A stretch of DNA of 54,809 nt from a virus (IMGVR_UViG_3300012985_000013:1-54809); one strand, 5' to 3'; positions 27,598-37,262 are shown, counted from the stretch's first letter. A program made the numbers and translations. Notes: generated by a model from the letters alone, not told the origin.

Positions 27598-28157
27598 TGG
27601 GGCGCTACGTTGGCATCGACGTCTCCCTCACCGCGACCGGCATCGCCGTCGTCGACCGCAACGCACACTCGGTGGTGCACACGGTCAGGAGCAAGGGGGC
27701 GAGGGGTGCCACGCTCCCGCAGCGCGGTTCCCGCCTCCGGGATCTCCAGCGGGCCATCGTCTCCCACCCGCGCGCGGCGCTCGCCACGGTGGTCGCCGTC
27801 GAGACGCCCGCCTACAACCAGACCGGCGGCTCGCACCACGACCGCTCCGGGCTGTGGTGGCTGATCGTCGACGACCTGCAGGAACTCGGCTACGACGTCG
27901 TCGAGATCAGCACCACGACGGTGAAGAAGTACGCCACTGGGAAGGGTAACGCCAGCAAGGACGAGGTGCTCGCCGCCGTCGTCCGGCGCTACCCGAACAT
28001 CGCGGTGACCAACAACAACGAGGCCGACGCGCTCATCCTCGCCGCGATCGTCGCTCGCCTGTACGGCGAGCCGATCGAGGAGAACCTGCCGCAGTCGCAC
28101 CTCGTGGCGATGGACGTCCTGCGCCCCAATGTGGGGCAGGAGGTCGATCCGGCATGA
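27597..28157 (+). CDS. ruvC: RuvC-like Holliday junction resolvase
   Basis: VGIDVSLTATG, AVE, VKKYATGKGNASKDEV, NEADAL. Confidence 0.88.
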   Translation: MGRYVGIDVSLTATGIAVVDRNAHSVVHTVRSKGARGATLPQRGSRLRDLQRAIVSHPRAALATVVAVETPAYNQTGGSHHDRSGLWWLIVDDLQELGYDVVEISTTTVKKYATGKGNASKDEVLAAVVRRYPNIAVTNNNEADALILAAIVARLYGEPIEENLPQSHLVAMDVLRPNVGQEVDPA

Positions 28158-28672
28158 GGTACACGCCCGAGATCGAGCAGGCCATCCACGCGCAGATCGC
28201 GGCAACGCCTGACGCCGAGGTGATCCTGCCGGACTGGGCGTACTGGAAGGGCATCGACCAGCCCTGGATCTACTACGAGTCGATGCCCATCCCCCTGGTG
28301 AAGGTGCTGTACGCCGACCTCATCGGACCCATACCCAAAGGGTCCGGGCTGCAGCCCCGCCCGGGGACCAGCCGCCGCAGCGTGAACCCGCACCTGTGGC
28401 AGCTGGTCCCCACCCCGAAGTCCCGCGCCGAATGCCCGAACCACCACCCCTACACGGAGGACGACTACATCCCCGGTGTCGGACACCGGTGCTTGACTTG
28501 CCGCGCAGCCAAGCTGCTCGGCACCGAGAGCCCGATCGACAAGAACCGCGAGAAGACCACCTGCCCGAAGGGGCACAAGCTCGTGAGGCGCAAGAACGGG
28601 CGGCGACGCTGCCTCGAATGCCCACGTGAACAGACGGCCCGCTGGCGGGCCAAGCAGAAGGGAACCGCATGA
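28154..28672 (+). CDS. HNH-derived Zn-finger protein (catalytic motif degenerate)
   Basis: GPIPKG...SVNPHL, CPNHHPY...CLTC, CPKGH...CLEC. Confidence 0.7.
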   Translation: MRYTPEIEQAIHAQIAATPDAEVILPDWAYWKGIDQPWIYYESMPIPLVKVLYADLIGPIPKGSGLQPRPGTSRRSVNPHLWQLVPTPKSRAECPNHHPYTEDDYIPGVGHRCLTCRAAKLLGTESPIDKNREKTTCPKGHKLVRRKNGRRRCLECPREQTARWRAKQKGTA

Positions 28673-28929
28673 GAGCACGGCAGTACGGCTACGCCTACAA
28701 CGTCGCCAGCCTTGACGAGGGGAAGCCCGAGGCTCTCAAGAGCCTCGACACCTACATCCGCAAGCACAGCATGGCGAACGTCGATCCAAAGCCGGGGGAA
28801 CCGAGCCGGCTCCCTCCCCTCCCTGACGGGGTGGCGATCGACGAGACGCAGGTTCAGTGGTTCCCCTACAAGCACGGCGGCCAGCACCTACAGGCCGTGT
28901 ACGAGTTCGATTACCCGGAGGCATCATGA
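28669..28929 (+). CDS. Hypothetical protein
   Basis: GAAGGGAAC RBS. Confidence 0.65.
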   Translation: MRARQYGYAYNVASLDEGKPEALKSLDTYIRKHSMANVDPKPGEPSRLPPLPDGVAIDETQVQWFPYKHGGQHLQAVYEFDYPEAS

Positions 28930-30038
28930 CCACCACGCTCACCGACGAACGTCCCATCCCGGGGCCGGTCTGGGACAAGAGCAAGCCCGAGACGCGCCAG
29001 CCGTGGCTCGACTTCCGTGCCCCCGGTATCACGGCGACGCAGATCCGCGACTGGGGCAATGCCTCGAAGCGCCGGAAGATCATCGACGAGAAGGTCAGCG
29101 GCGTGTTCGAGGATCTCTCGCACCTGCCCTACGTCGCGCACGGCAACCGTCGCGAGCCCGTCATCGCCGAGTGGGCGCAGGGCCGGTTCGGCATCACCCC
29201 CTGCGAGAACACGTTCGCCCGCCCTGACAATCCGCGGCACCTCGCCTCGCCGGATGGCATCTCACTGGACCCGTTCACGCGAGAGCTTCTCATCGGCGCC
29301 GACGCCGTGGTCATGGAGATCAAGACGTCGAAGAACGACCTGACCCCGGGCCTCATGGACGAGGGGCGCCACCTCATCGAGGTCGGCGTCGGCTCGCCGT
29401 TCGACCGGGCTGGCTACTACATCCAGATCCAGTGGCAGATGTACGTGATGAACGCCACGGCGACGCTGTTCGTCTACGAGCAGCACGACGACATCGTCAA
29501 CCCGGAGACGGGCACGTTCACGCCGCTGGGCCCGCCGGAGTACGCGTGGATCCAGCGCGACGACGCGCTCATCCAGGTGCTCGTCGACACCGTCGCGCCG
29601 CGGGCGCTCGCGGAGATCGACGCGGCGCGCGTCGCCCTCAAGCCGGATGACCTTCCGCCGGCCAGCACCTTCCCCAGCGAGGACGCCGTGCTCGTGCAGG
29701 AGGTTGTGCTCGCCCGCACCGCGGCGTCGACCGCTGAGACGTCCCGCGAGCGCGCCTGGAACACACTGCAGGAGAAGTACGTCGGCGAGGGCAAGCCCGA
29801 CATCGAGAAGCTGGACCTCGGCTTCGCGTGGTTCACCGTCTCGACAAGCACGCCGGCGCCGAAGGTCACCCGTCGCGTCGAGACGGACTGGAGCGCGGTG
29901 AAGGCCGGACTGACCCCGCTGCAGGTGAAGAAGCTGGATGCGCTGATCGAGAAGCACACCAAGGAGGTCGTCACGACGACGCCCGGCAAGCCCACCCAGA
30001 AGATGACCATCACCGAGAAGAAGGGCAAGAGCGCGTGA
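28926..30038 (+). CDS. YqaJ/RecE-like exonuclease
   Basis: WLDFRAPGITAT, GNRREP, ASPDG, EIKT, YYIQIQWQM. Confidence 0.9.
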   Translation: MTTTLTDERPIPGPVWDKSKPETRQPWLDFRAPGITATQIRDWGNASKRRKIIDEKVSGVFEDLSHLPYVAHGNRREPVIAEWAQGRFGITPCENTFARPDNPRHLASPDGISLDPFTRELLIGADAVVMEIKTSKNDLTPGLMDEGRHLIEVGVGSPFDRAGYYIQIQWQMYVMNATATLFVYEQHDDIVNPETGTFTPLGPPEYAWIQRDDALIQVLVDTVAPRALAEIDAARVALKPDDLPPASTFPSEDAVLVQEVVLARTAASTAETSRERAWNTLQEKYVGEGKPDIEKLDLGFAWFTVSTSTPAPKVTRRVETDWSAVKAGLTPLQVKKLDALIEKHTKEVVTTTPGKPTQKMTITEKKGKSA

Positions 30039-30358
30039 ACGCAGGAACCGCAGTCACCAAGCCCATCCAGAAGCAGTTCATGCGGTGGGAGGGCGGCGCC
30101 GCGGCGGCCACACCGATCATCGACTGGGTGCTCGCGAACGGCGGCACGGTTCGCTATCACGAGCCGACACCTCACGACCTCTACAAGGGGACCGCGCTCG
30201 AGACGGTCGAGCCGGAGCACCTCGTGATCGACACGCTTGAGGGCATCATGCGCGCCGACGTCGGCGACGTCATCATCCGCGGCGTGCGCGGCGAGTTCTA
30301 CCCGTGCAAGCCCGACGTCTTCGAGCGCACCTACGACGTGTTCGAGGAGCCCGCATGA
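30035..30358 (+). CDS. Conserved phage protein
   Basis: IDTLEG.MRADVGDVIIRGVRGEFYPCKPDVFERTY, a widespread phage motif. Confidence 0.8.
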   Translation: MNAGTAVTKPIQKQFMRWEGGAAAATPIIDWVLANGGTVRYHEPTPHDLYKGTALETVEPEHLVIDTLEGIMRADVGDVIIRGVRGEFYPCKPDVFERTYDVFEEPA

Positions 30359-30729
30359 TCCGCCACATCATCATCGGCGGCCGCCAGGTCGGCAAGACGC
30401 AGCGCGTCCTGGAGCACATGCTCGAGAACAGCGACACCGTCTACGTCGCCCACACCGCGCACGCCGCGCAGGTCGCCTACGACCGCGTCATCGACTCGCT
30501 CGAAGAGCGCGGCACGACGTGGGACGACAGCGTCAAGCGCCGCTTCCGCGAGCGCTTCATGTCCTGGGAGCAGGCCGCCGACCCGCGCCGGTTCGGCCGA
30601 CCGCGCCCGGTCGTGATCGACAACGCCGACCTCATGCTCCAGGCCATCTTCGGGCGCATCGACATCATGACGATGGGCGCCCCGCTCGACCTCCAGATCC
30701 TCAGCTACGAAGGGAACCCCGATGACTGA
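30355..30729 (+). CDS. Small P-loop protein
   Basis: IIIGGRQVGKT and VVIDNAD. Confidence 0.7.
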   Translation: MIRHIIIGGRQVGKTQRVLEHMLENSDTVYVAHTAHAAQVAYDRVIDSLEERGTTWDDSVKRRFRERFMSWEQAADPRRFGRPRPVVIDNADLMLQAIFGRIDIMTMGAPLDLQILSYEGNPDD

Positions 30730-31759
30730 CCAGCCCAGCAAGGAGATCGCGCGCGTCGGCACGTACGCGACGACGTCACTCAGCGAGCGCCAGCGCTACG
30801 CACTCGCCCTCTCCGAGGCGGGCGACCTCGTCCCGAAGAACTTCTGGACGAAGCCCGCACCGGCGCCCGGGGGCGGCCTCATCCCGGCGCACCCCAACCC
30901 GGGTGCGATCCTCTACATGCTCGAAGTCGCCGCGATGCTCGGCGTGAACCCGATGGTCGGGCTTACGAACATCCACATCATCGAGGGGAAGCCGAGTCTG
31001 TCGGCCAACCTGCAGGCTGCGCTCGTGCGCGAGGCTGGCCACAAGATGCGGATCACCGTACAGGGTGAGGGCGAGAATGCCGTCGCAATCGTCCAGATCA
31101 TCCGTTCTGACGACCCCGACTTCACCTTCGAGGTCCGCTGGGGCCGCGCCGAGGCCACCGCCGCCGGCGTGCTGAACAAGGACAACTGGAAGAAGTACTA
31201 CCGCGCCATGCTCAAGGCCCGCGCGATCACCGAGTGTATCCGCGAGGCGTGCCCCGAGGTGCTCATGGGTGCGACGTACTCGCCGGACGAACTCGGCGCG
31301 GCGACCGACGACCAGGGCGAGCCGGTCGACCTCCAGCAGGTGCCGACGCACGACAGCATGTCGAGCGGCGCACCCGCCGGCGCGCCGCGGCCGGAGACGC
31401 CGATCGTCGACACGCGCCCCACCGACGCGGCCGCGGCCGCATCCGACAGCGACAGCCCACGCGACTGGGGCAAAGCGATCACCGACCTCACCAGCAAGGC
31501 CGAGGCGCAGGCGCTGTATCGCGAAGCGCGCGCCGGCGGGCTCCTGGAGACTCCGGTGAAGATCGGACGACGCAAGCCTCGCCCACTCGGCGAGATCATC
31601 ACCGAGGTTGGTCAGGCGTTCGCCGAAGCTGAGGCCGCCAGCGAGCAGCCCGAGCAGCAGGAGGATGTCGTGCACGCCGAGGTCGACGGCGACGAGGGCG
31701 CACCGGCCGTGCTCGGCGACGACGACCCGAACGTCCAGGATGCCGAGATCATCGGCTGA
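30722..31759 (+). CDS. recT: RecT-like ssDNA annealing protein
   Basis: LGVNPM...IHIIEGKP...NWKKYYRAMLKARA...ACPEVLMG.YSPDE; near the exonuclease. Confidence 0.8.
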   Translation: MTDQPSKEIARVGTYATTSLSERQRYALALSEAGDLVPKNFWTKPAPAPGGGLIPAHPNPGAILYMLEVAAMLGVNPMVGLTNIHIIEGKPSLSANLQAALVREAGHKMRITVQGEGENAVAIVQIIRSDDPDFTFEVRWGRAEATAAGVLNKDNWKKYYRAMLKARAITECIREACPEVLMGATYSPDELGAATDDQGEPVDLQQVPTHDSMSSGAPAGAPRPETPIVDTRPTDAAAAASDSDSPRDWGKAITDLTSKAEAQALYREARAGGLLETPVKIGRRKPRPLGEIITEVGQAFAEAEAASEQPEQQEDVVHAEVDGDEGAPAVLGDDDPNVQDAEIIG

Positions 31760-31864
31760 CCTCGCGACGCTGTACGGCGATCTGCGGGCCTAGAAATCTC
31801 GCCAGCGCCGGTTGGACCAGGGGGGCTCCAATCGGCGTTGGCGGGCTAACGTCGCGAGGATGGC

Positions 31865-32083
31865 GTGGGAAACGGAGGGAACGTGTCGACCATCAGATGG
31901 GTCGAAGTGATCGACGATGGCCTCATGCGCGAGATGACGCGTAGTCAGGTCGAGCACCTCGCTCGCCAAGCGAAACGCGAGGAGTTCGATCGCAGGCACC
32001 CACGATGCGATGTCTGCGGTCAATTCCTCGGGGGCACGTCGCATTTCTACCAGGACTACTGGGGGGAGTGGGATCACGTATGA
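31865..32083 (+). CDS. Hypothetical protein (CDVC); start uncertain
   Basis: ORF track; ATGA overlap with next gene. Confidence 0.55.
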   Translation: MGNGGNVSTIRWVEVIDDGLMREMTRSQVEHLARQAKREEFDRRHPRCDVCGQFLGGTSHFYQDYWGEWDHV

Positions 32084-32352
32084 GCAAGTACAAGTTCTAC
32101 GAACCCGACCCGGGGACACTGCCGGAGATCGACGGCGTCATCACCGCCGACGGCCTCGTCGCGAAGGGTCCGAAGTACGCACGGAAGATCAACGGCAAGG
32201 TCCAGATCACCGCCGAGGGGCACGCCCTGCTCGGCGACCAGCTGCGGGCGCGAGCCCGCGAGAACGAAGGGAAATGGCATGGAGTCACAGGAGTCCACGA
32301 CACAGCACCACCCCAGCCTGGGATTCGAGAGCTACCACGGGACGCGCGGTGA
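32080..32352 (+). CDS. Hypothetical protein
   Basis: MSKYKFYEPD... Confidence 0.6.
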   Translation: MSKYKFYEPDPGTLPEIDGVITADGLVAKGPKYARKINGKVQITAEGHALLGDQLRARARENEGKWHGVTGVHDTAPPQPGIRELPRDAR

Positions 32353-32821
32353 CAGCGGGTCGGCCGCCAGCCGCGAGGCGGCGCAGGCCGACTACGACAA
32401 CGGCGTGACGAACCGGCTGCAGCTGCAGATCCTCGACGCCGCTCTCGCCCGCGGCCGCCGCGGTGTCACCGCCGCCGAGATGCGCGAGTTCACGCAGGAG
32501 CACCACGGTCGCGTGTCGAGCGCGATCACGAAGCTGCATATTGCCGGCAAGCTCGTCGCCTTGACGGAGCGCCGCGGCCACGGCGGCATCTACGTCACGC
32601 CCGAGAATGTCGACGGTCGCGAGACGCGCCCGTACAAGCGGCAGCGGAAGGAGCCGAGCGAGGAGGAGATCGTCGGCGTCATCCTGGCCCACCCGCAGAC
32701 CATCCCCCTGCGCGGTAATCGCGACTTCTTCTGGCATTGCGGGTGCGGCTGGGCGTCCAAGCTGGGCCAGCAGGACCACCGCCACCACGTCGCCGAGAAG
32801 ATCGCGGAGGCGCTGTCATGA
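32279..32821 (+). CDS. Winged-HTH-like protein with C-terminal CGCG motif
   Basis: GVTAAEMREFTQEHHGRVSSAITKL; GAAGGGA RBS. Confidence 0.7.
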   Translation: MESQESTTQHHPSLGFESYHGTRGDSGSAASREAAQADYDNGVTNRLQLQILDAALARGRRGVTAAEMREFTQEHHGRVSSAITKLHIAGKLVALTERRGHGGIYVTPENVDGRETRPYKRQRKEPSEEEIVGVILAHPQTIPLRGNRDFFWHCGCGWASKLGQQDHRHHVAEKIAEALS

Positions 32822-33087
32822 GCCAGCTGGACGACAAGATCCGTGAGATCGAGAAGTACGCCGGCAGTGAGGGCCCGTACTGGGCCCGCCTCCTCGAGGT
32901 CTGCCACGGCGACGTGCGCAGCGCGGCGATGCTCGACCTCGCGCACGACGGCGACACGTGGTGGCCCGACATGCGGCGTCGGCCGTTCGCCGGCGACGAG
33001 GAACTCAAGATGCTCTACCGCGAGATGGCGCAGGCGCAGACCCGTCTGCGCCAGGCGATCATGAAGAGGCTCTGGGGGGACCGATGA
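32818..33087 (+). CDS. Hypothetical protein
   Basis: GGAGG RBS, ATGA overlap. Confidence 0.65.
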   Translation: MSQLDDKIREIEKYAGSEGPYWARLLEVCHGDVRSAAMLDLAHDGDTWWPDMRRRPFAGDEELKMLYREMAQAQTRLRQAIMKRLWGDR

Positions 33088-33395
33088 CCGACCAGCTACT
33101 CGCGCAGCTACGCGAACTGCACCACGATGCGCCGAAGATGCGCTGCGGCGCCCGCAAGACTGAGACGGTCGAGCACCAGTTCAGCGGTCGCATCTCCACC
33201 GCGCTGCTCGTCTGCACGCTCGACGTCGGCCATGACGGCGACGAGCACAAGGACGCGATCTGCTGCTGGCGATTCCACACCTTCACTGGTGCCGACCCGA
33301 TGCCCGAGGATGTGTGGCGCGGGGAAAGCTGTTCCTGCGGCTCGCTGAGTTGCAAGACGCGAGCCCTGCTCGACGAGGCCGGCGTCCCTGGGTAG
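33084..33395 (+). CDS. Cys/His-rich hypothetical protein
   Basis: C...CTLDVGHDGDEH motif; last rightward gene. Confidence 0.65.
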   Translation: MTDQLLAQLRELHHDAPKMRCGARKTETVEHQFSGRISTALLVCTLDVGHDGDEHKDAICCWRFHTFTGADPMPEDVWRGESCSCGSLSCKTRALLDEAGVPG

Positions 33396-33419
33396 CCGCC
33401 CCAATCTGGGGCACGAGAA

Positions 33420-33450
33420 GACCCCCCGAGGGCATCGCTCTCGGGGGGTC
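33420..33450. terminator. Stem-loop at the convergence of the two arms
   Basis: gaccccccgagggc-atc-gctctcggggggtc between convergent genes. Confidence 0.7.
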
Positions 33451-33478
33451 TGATGCGAAGGGAATCCGCGCGGCCAGT

Positions 33479-33943
33479 CTACTCGAGGCGGTCCGGCGTA
33501 CGGGTCACGTCAGCAGGGTTTGTGGGCACCGCGCCGGTCACGGCGTCGTGCACGACCTGCTGGGCGACGGCCGAGGCCACGGGCACCGCGGCATCCGCGA
33601 TTGCTGCCTGCTTCTCCTCGGCCTCCATGGCTGCCTTCGCGGCGGCGCCGCGCTGCAGATTGGGTGCGACCTGCTTCCAGAAGTTCTGGTACGAGGTGAT
33701 CGACACGACGAGGATGAGCAGGATCGTCGACACGATCGACAGGCCCTCGAACGCACCGGTGATCCAGGCGGTCACGATGCCGGCCACCGCGGCGAACGCG
33801 AACGCAACGAGCGACTTCGCCCACTTCGGCCACGTCGCGTTGACAATGAGGTTCAGCACCAGAGGTGCCAGGAAGCCGATGATGAGCGCGAGCATCGCCG
33901 CGTCGGTCATACCCTCGGGGATCTCGATGTTCATGGTGCCCAT
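33479..33943 (-). CDS. Holin
   Basis: Three TM segments, downstream of the endolysin. Confidence 0.7.
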   Translation of the reverse strand: MGTMNIEIPEGMTDAAMLALIIGFLAPLVLNLIVNATWPKWAKSLVAFAFAAVAGIVTAWITGAFEGLSIVSTILLILVVSITSYQNFWKQVAPNLQRGAAAKAAMEAEEKQAAIADAAVPVASAVAQQVVHDAVTGAVPTNPADVTRTPDRLE

Positions 33944-33949
33944 TCTCTC

Positions 33950-34351
33950 TTAGACGTCCTCGTTGATGGTAACGGGCGGCTGCGGTGCCGTCTGCTCCAG
34001 TTCGTCCGGCATGAAGCGGTGGATCCACATCAGCAGCGTGCGGATGTACGAGATCGCCGCCCAGTACTGCCGGTTGCGGCGGTCCAGTGAGGCCTGCAGT
34101 TCGGCGACCGTCGTCTCCAGTTCGCCGAGACGTCGCTGCATCGGCTCGAGAAGCACCTTCGTCTGCGTCTCGATGATCGACTGCCAGCGCTTGGCCTCGG
34201 CGTCGTCCTCTGCGATCTCGGTAGTCTGCACGCCGATCTTCTTGTCGTGCTGCAGCCGGCGCCACGCGACGATGCCGCCCGTGCCGAACAGGCCAACAAC
34301 GATAACGCCCGCGAATGTCCAGACCGGTGACCAGTCAAACATCCCCCGCAT
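33950..34351 (-). CDS. Membrane protein, lysis cassette (TM + coiled coil)
   Basis: N-terminal TM, heptad region; exact start uncertain. Confidence 0.7.
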   Translation of the reverse strand: MRGMFDWSPVWTFAGVIVVGLFGTGGIVAWRRLQHDKKIGVQTTEIAEDDAEAKRWQSIIETQTKVLLEPMQRRLGELETTVAELQASLDRRNRQYWAAISYIRTLLMWIHRFMPDELEQTAPQPPVTINEDV

Positions 34352-34751
34352 CCCCCCGAGTCGCTTCGTGCTGCTCCCTCAACTTAGCGGCGTGCGCGGC
34401 GCACAGCAGCGCACGCGCGCAGAAGGATGCGGCAAGAGCGGCCAGGAGGATCGTTCCTGGGAGCGCTTGGATGTTCCGGTAGCTAGCGGCTACCGACATC
34501 AAGACGAAGGGGGTGAGCGATGCCGCGGCGAACCATGCCGCGATCCACTCCCACCGGAAGCGGTTCCATGCCGCACCAGCACCAGCGACCCCCGATGTCG
34601 CTACCACCGCCGCCCCGAACACATCACCGAGGATGTTGCTCGGGTCATTCACCACGATGCTCGCGATTCCCCCCAGCGTCACCAGCCACCACGCGGTCGC
34701 GAGGGCCGCGCGGACGATCAGCCGCTGACGAGGGGGGAGCCACGAGTACAT
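34335..34751 (-). CDS. Four-TM membrane protein, lysis cassette
   Basis: Hydrophobic ORF right after the endolysin. Confidence 0.7.
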   Translation of the reverse strand: MYSWLPPRQRLIVRAALATAWWLVTLGGIASIVVNDPSNILGDVFGAAVVATSGVAGAGAAWNRFRWEWIAAWFAAASLTPFVLMSVAASYRNIQALPGTILLAALAASFCARALLCAAHAAKLREQHEATRGDAGDV

Positions 34752-34757
34752 CTGGGG

Positions 34758-35600
34758 CTAGCTGCCTGTCTTGCTGGGCGCCTTGAGGATCGCGAGGATC
34801 TCGTCGGACTTCGCCACCGCCTCGCGGCGGCGCGACCAGACTCCGTTCGCCTCCAGCTTCCCCGTTTCCGGGTTGAGCACCTGGCCCGTGGTCGTGTTGA
34901 CCACGTTGCGCGGGATGCCCATACCGTCGAGGTAGTCCAGGAACGACGCCGTGTTGAGCTTGTGCAGTTCGTCTGTGGCCGAGTTCACCATGCGGGTGAT
35001 GTCGGCCTGCGCCTGCGTGGCGTTGTGGCTGATGAACTCCTCGCCGATGGCGTAGAAGTGCTTTCCGTTGAGCAGGATCGACTGCGTCATCCCGTCCTCC
35101 TTGTTCTTGCCGCCGTCGCTCGGCGGGGTCTTCCAGACGTTCTTCACCTTGAAGTGCCAGCCCTCGCCGAAGCCATCACCCTCGGCGACGAGGTCGAACT
35201 CGGCGGCGTGCGCACGGATCCATCGCCCGCGCGTCGACGACGCCGTCATGACGCCGGCATCCGCGCCGGTGTCGCGGATGTCGACCGCGCCGTTGCTGCC
35301 CTGGATCTGGTGGTTGGCCTGCGGCGAGTTCGGCGCGGCCACCGTGCCGAGCGGCGAGATCCGATACCAGAGCACGCCGTTCCACCAGCGCGTGTCGTAG
35401 ACACGGCGGCCGTTGACGTTGCCGGCGGTCACGTAGCGCGCGCGGAAGATGGCCTCCTGTTCCGCCTCCAGGCGCACGCCGGATGAGACGATCACTCGCA
35501 CGCCGAAGTTCCTGAACAGCGCGTCGTTCAGCCGCTCGATCTGGTAGGCCATCCACGGCGTCAGGCGCGCGCCGTCGCGCCACACCCACTGCTCAGCCAT
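34758..35600 (-). CDS. Endolysin, M15-type Zn peptidase
   Basis: SSGVR..EQ, NH...GAVDI, EGWH motifs. Confidence 0.85.
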   Translation of the reverse strand: MAEQWVWRDGARLTPWMAYQIERLNDALFRNFGVRVIVSSGVRLEAEQEAIFRARYVTAGNVNGRRVYDTRWWNGVLWYRISPLGTVAAPNSPQANHQIQGSNGAVDIRDTGADAGVMTASSTRGRWIRAHAAEFDLVAEGDGFGEGWHFKVKNVWKTPPSDGGKNKEDGMTQSILLNGKHFYAIGEEFISHNATQAQADITRMVNSATDELHKLNTASFLDYLDGMGIPRNVVNTTTGQVLNPETGKLEANGVWSRRREAVAKSDEILAILKAPSKTGS

Positions 35601-35874
35601 CGCTCGGCTCCTCCCGGTCCGTCTCCAGGCCGCCGCCGGTCGACTGCGACACGGTGTACTCGATCGGCGTCGCCGTGACGATCACCAGCCGGTCGTCCTC
35701 GCCGAGTGCAAAGGCGTCAGCCAGACCGTCCTCGTCGATGTCGCCGATGTCGATCGGGATCTGCGGATCCCGCACGCCGCTCTTGCGCCACGCGAGCAGC
35801 GCGGCGACCGTGACTTCCTTCTCCTCGTCGCTCATGCGCGCAAGGAACTCGTCGGCACGCTCTGTGTCCGTCAT
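35593..35874 (-). CDS. Hypothetical acidic protein
   Basis: GAGAGGGG RBS; DIDEDGLAD motif. Confidence 0.7.
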   Translation of the reverse strand: MTDTERADEFLARMSDEEKEVTVAALLAWRKSGVRDPQIPIDIGDIDEDGLADAFALGEDDRLVIVTATPIEYTVSQSTGGGLETDREEPSDG

Positions 35875-35903
35875 GGATTTCCCCTCTCAGTCGATCGATT
35901 CTC

Positions 35904-36158
35904 TCAGTCCATCGGCTGAATCGCTGCGCGAATGTCCGCGTCGGAGATCACGCCGGTGTCGCGACCGGGGTCCGCGATGTTGCCAGCGATGGCGCTGTCC
36001 CACTTCTCGGCCCACCCGGGCGAGGCCGCGATCCTCCAGATGCGCTCATCGACCCAGCCCGGGTAGGGCTCATCCTTCTCCTGCTCTGCGGCGCAGGCGA
36101 TGAGGCGCGACCGGAATGAATTGCTGGCGACGATGGCGGCCATGCTCAGGTAGGACAC
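35904..36158 (-). CDS. Hypothetical protein (tail-fibre associated)
   Basis: AAGGAG RBS; ISDADIRAAIQ. Confidence 0.7.
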   Translation of the reverse strand: MSYLSMAAIVASNSFRSRLIACAAEQEKDEPYPGWVDERIWRIAASPGWAEKWDSAIAGNIADPGRDTGVISDADIRAAIQPMD

Positions 36159-36179
36159 GAGGAAACTCCTTGGGTGGGG

Positions 36180-37262
36180 CTACAGCGGGGTCTTGATGGT
36201 GGGGAGGATCACGGAGTTCTGGACGCCGCCGCCGATTGCGATGGTGCCGCTTGCGACGTAGGGGGAGAACTGGATAGTGCCGGACGTGTTGATGCGCCAC
36301 TGGCATGCCCCGAGGGTGCCGGCTACGCCGATCGCACCTGCGTCGCCGACACCCGCGGACGGGCGGAAGCCAGAGGGCAGCGTGCCGATGGTATAGAGCG
36401 TGCCCGCCGCCACGGCCAGCGCGCTCGTGCGGATCAGGATGGAGCCAGAGATCTCCAGGACGCCGCCCTGCAGGCGGTACTGGACGTTCATGAAGCCGGA
36501 TTCTGTAGCCCACCCCGATGCCAGCGTGAGTGTCGCCCACCCGCTGCCCAGGTTCGCCGGCGTCACCGCGCGGGTCGTGTCGGATCCCGCCTGCGCCTCG
36601 GCATCGGTAGCGAGTTCGACCAGGCCAGAGCGGGAGGTTGTCGCGGTGACAGAGGCCAGGCCCGCGGGCGTCACGGCGCGCACCGCATCCGTACCAGTCT
36701 GAGTCTCAGCGTTGGTCGCCAGTTCCACAACGCCGGACGCGCTGGTCGTCGCGGCCCCGGGGAGCGCGGCAGCCAGACCGGCTGGCGTCACGGCTCGAGT
36801 GGCGTCGGTCCCGGTCTGCGTCTCAGCCGTCGTGGCGAGTTCCACGATGCCCTGCAGGGCCGTGGTTGCCACCGGAAGATCGGCAGCTACGCCGATGATC
36901 TGCACCCAGTCAGTCCAGGTGCCGTTGTAATAGGAGCGCCGGTACTGCTTGCCGTTGAGGTAGTCGGTGTACACCTGCAGCACGAAGTCATTGGCGTACG
37001 TGGACCCGGAGACTTCCAGGTGGCCGGCACGGCTGGCCACCGGATAGTTCAGCGCCAGCGTGGCGTTGGCGTTGCTGCCCTGCAGATACCAGCCGGTCGC
37101 GGTGATGGTATTCAGGTCAATGCCCGCGCCGAGCGATGACAGGTCGGCGGCGAGACGGCTGGGGAGGCTGAACGTCTTCGCGAGCCTCGCCTCGAGCGCG
37201 TCGAGGCGCTGACGCATCCGATCGAAGACGCCCTGCGGCGTGCGGCCCCATGCGTCGCTCAT
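36180..37262 (-). CDS. Tail fibre / minor tail protein
   Basis: Three GxVELATxAExQxGxDxxRAVTPA repeats; DLNTITATGWY and IGTLPSGFRP fibre motifs. Confidence 0.85.
   Translation of the reverse strand: MSDAWGRTPQGVFDRMRQRLDALEARLAKTFSLPSRLAADLSSLGAGIDLNTITATGWYLQGSNANATLALNYPVASRAGHLEVSGSTYANDFVLQVYTDYLNGKQYRRSYYNGTWTDWVQIIGVAADLPVATTALQGIVELATTAETQTGTDATRAVTPAGLAAALPGAATTSASGVVELATNAETQTGTDAVRAVTPAGLASVTATTSRSGLVELATDAEAQAGSDTTRAVTPANLGSGWATLTLASGWATESGFMNVQYRLQGGVLEISGSILIRTSALAVAAGTLYTIGTLPSGFRPSAGVGDAGAIGVAGTLGACQWRINTSGTIQFSPYVASGTIAIGGGVQNSVILPTIKTPL

Noticed and set aside
36550-36855. Tail-fibre repeats as a DGR template/variable pair or invertible segment
   Set aside because: Ordinary in-frame protein repeats with synonymous divergence; no reverse transcriptase or invertase
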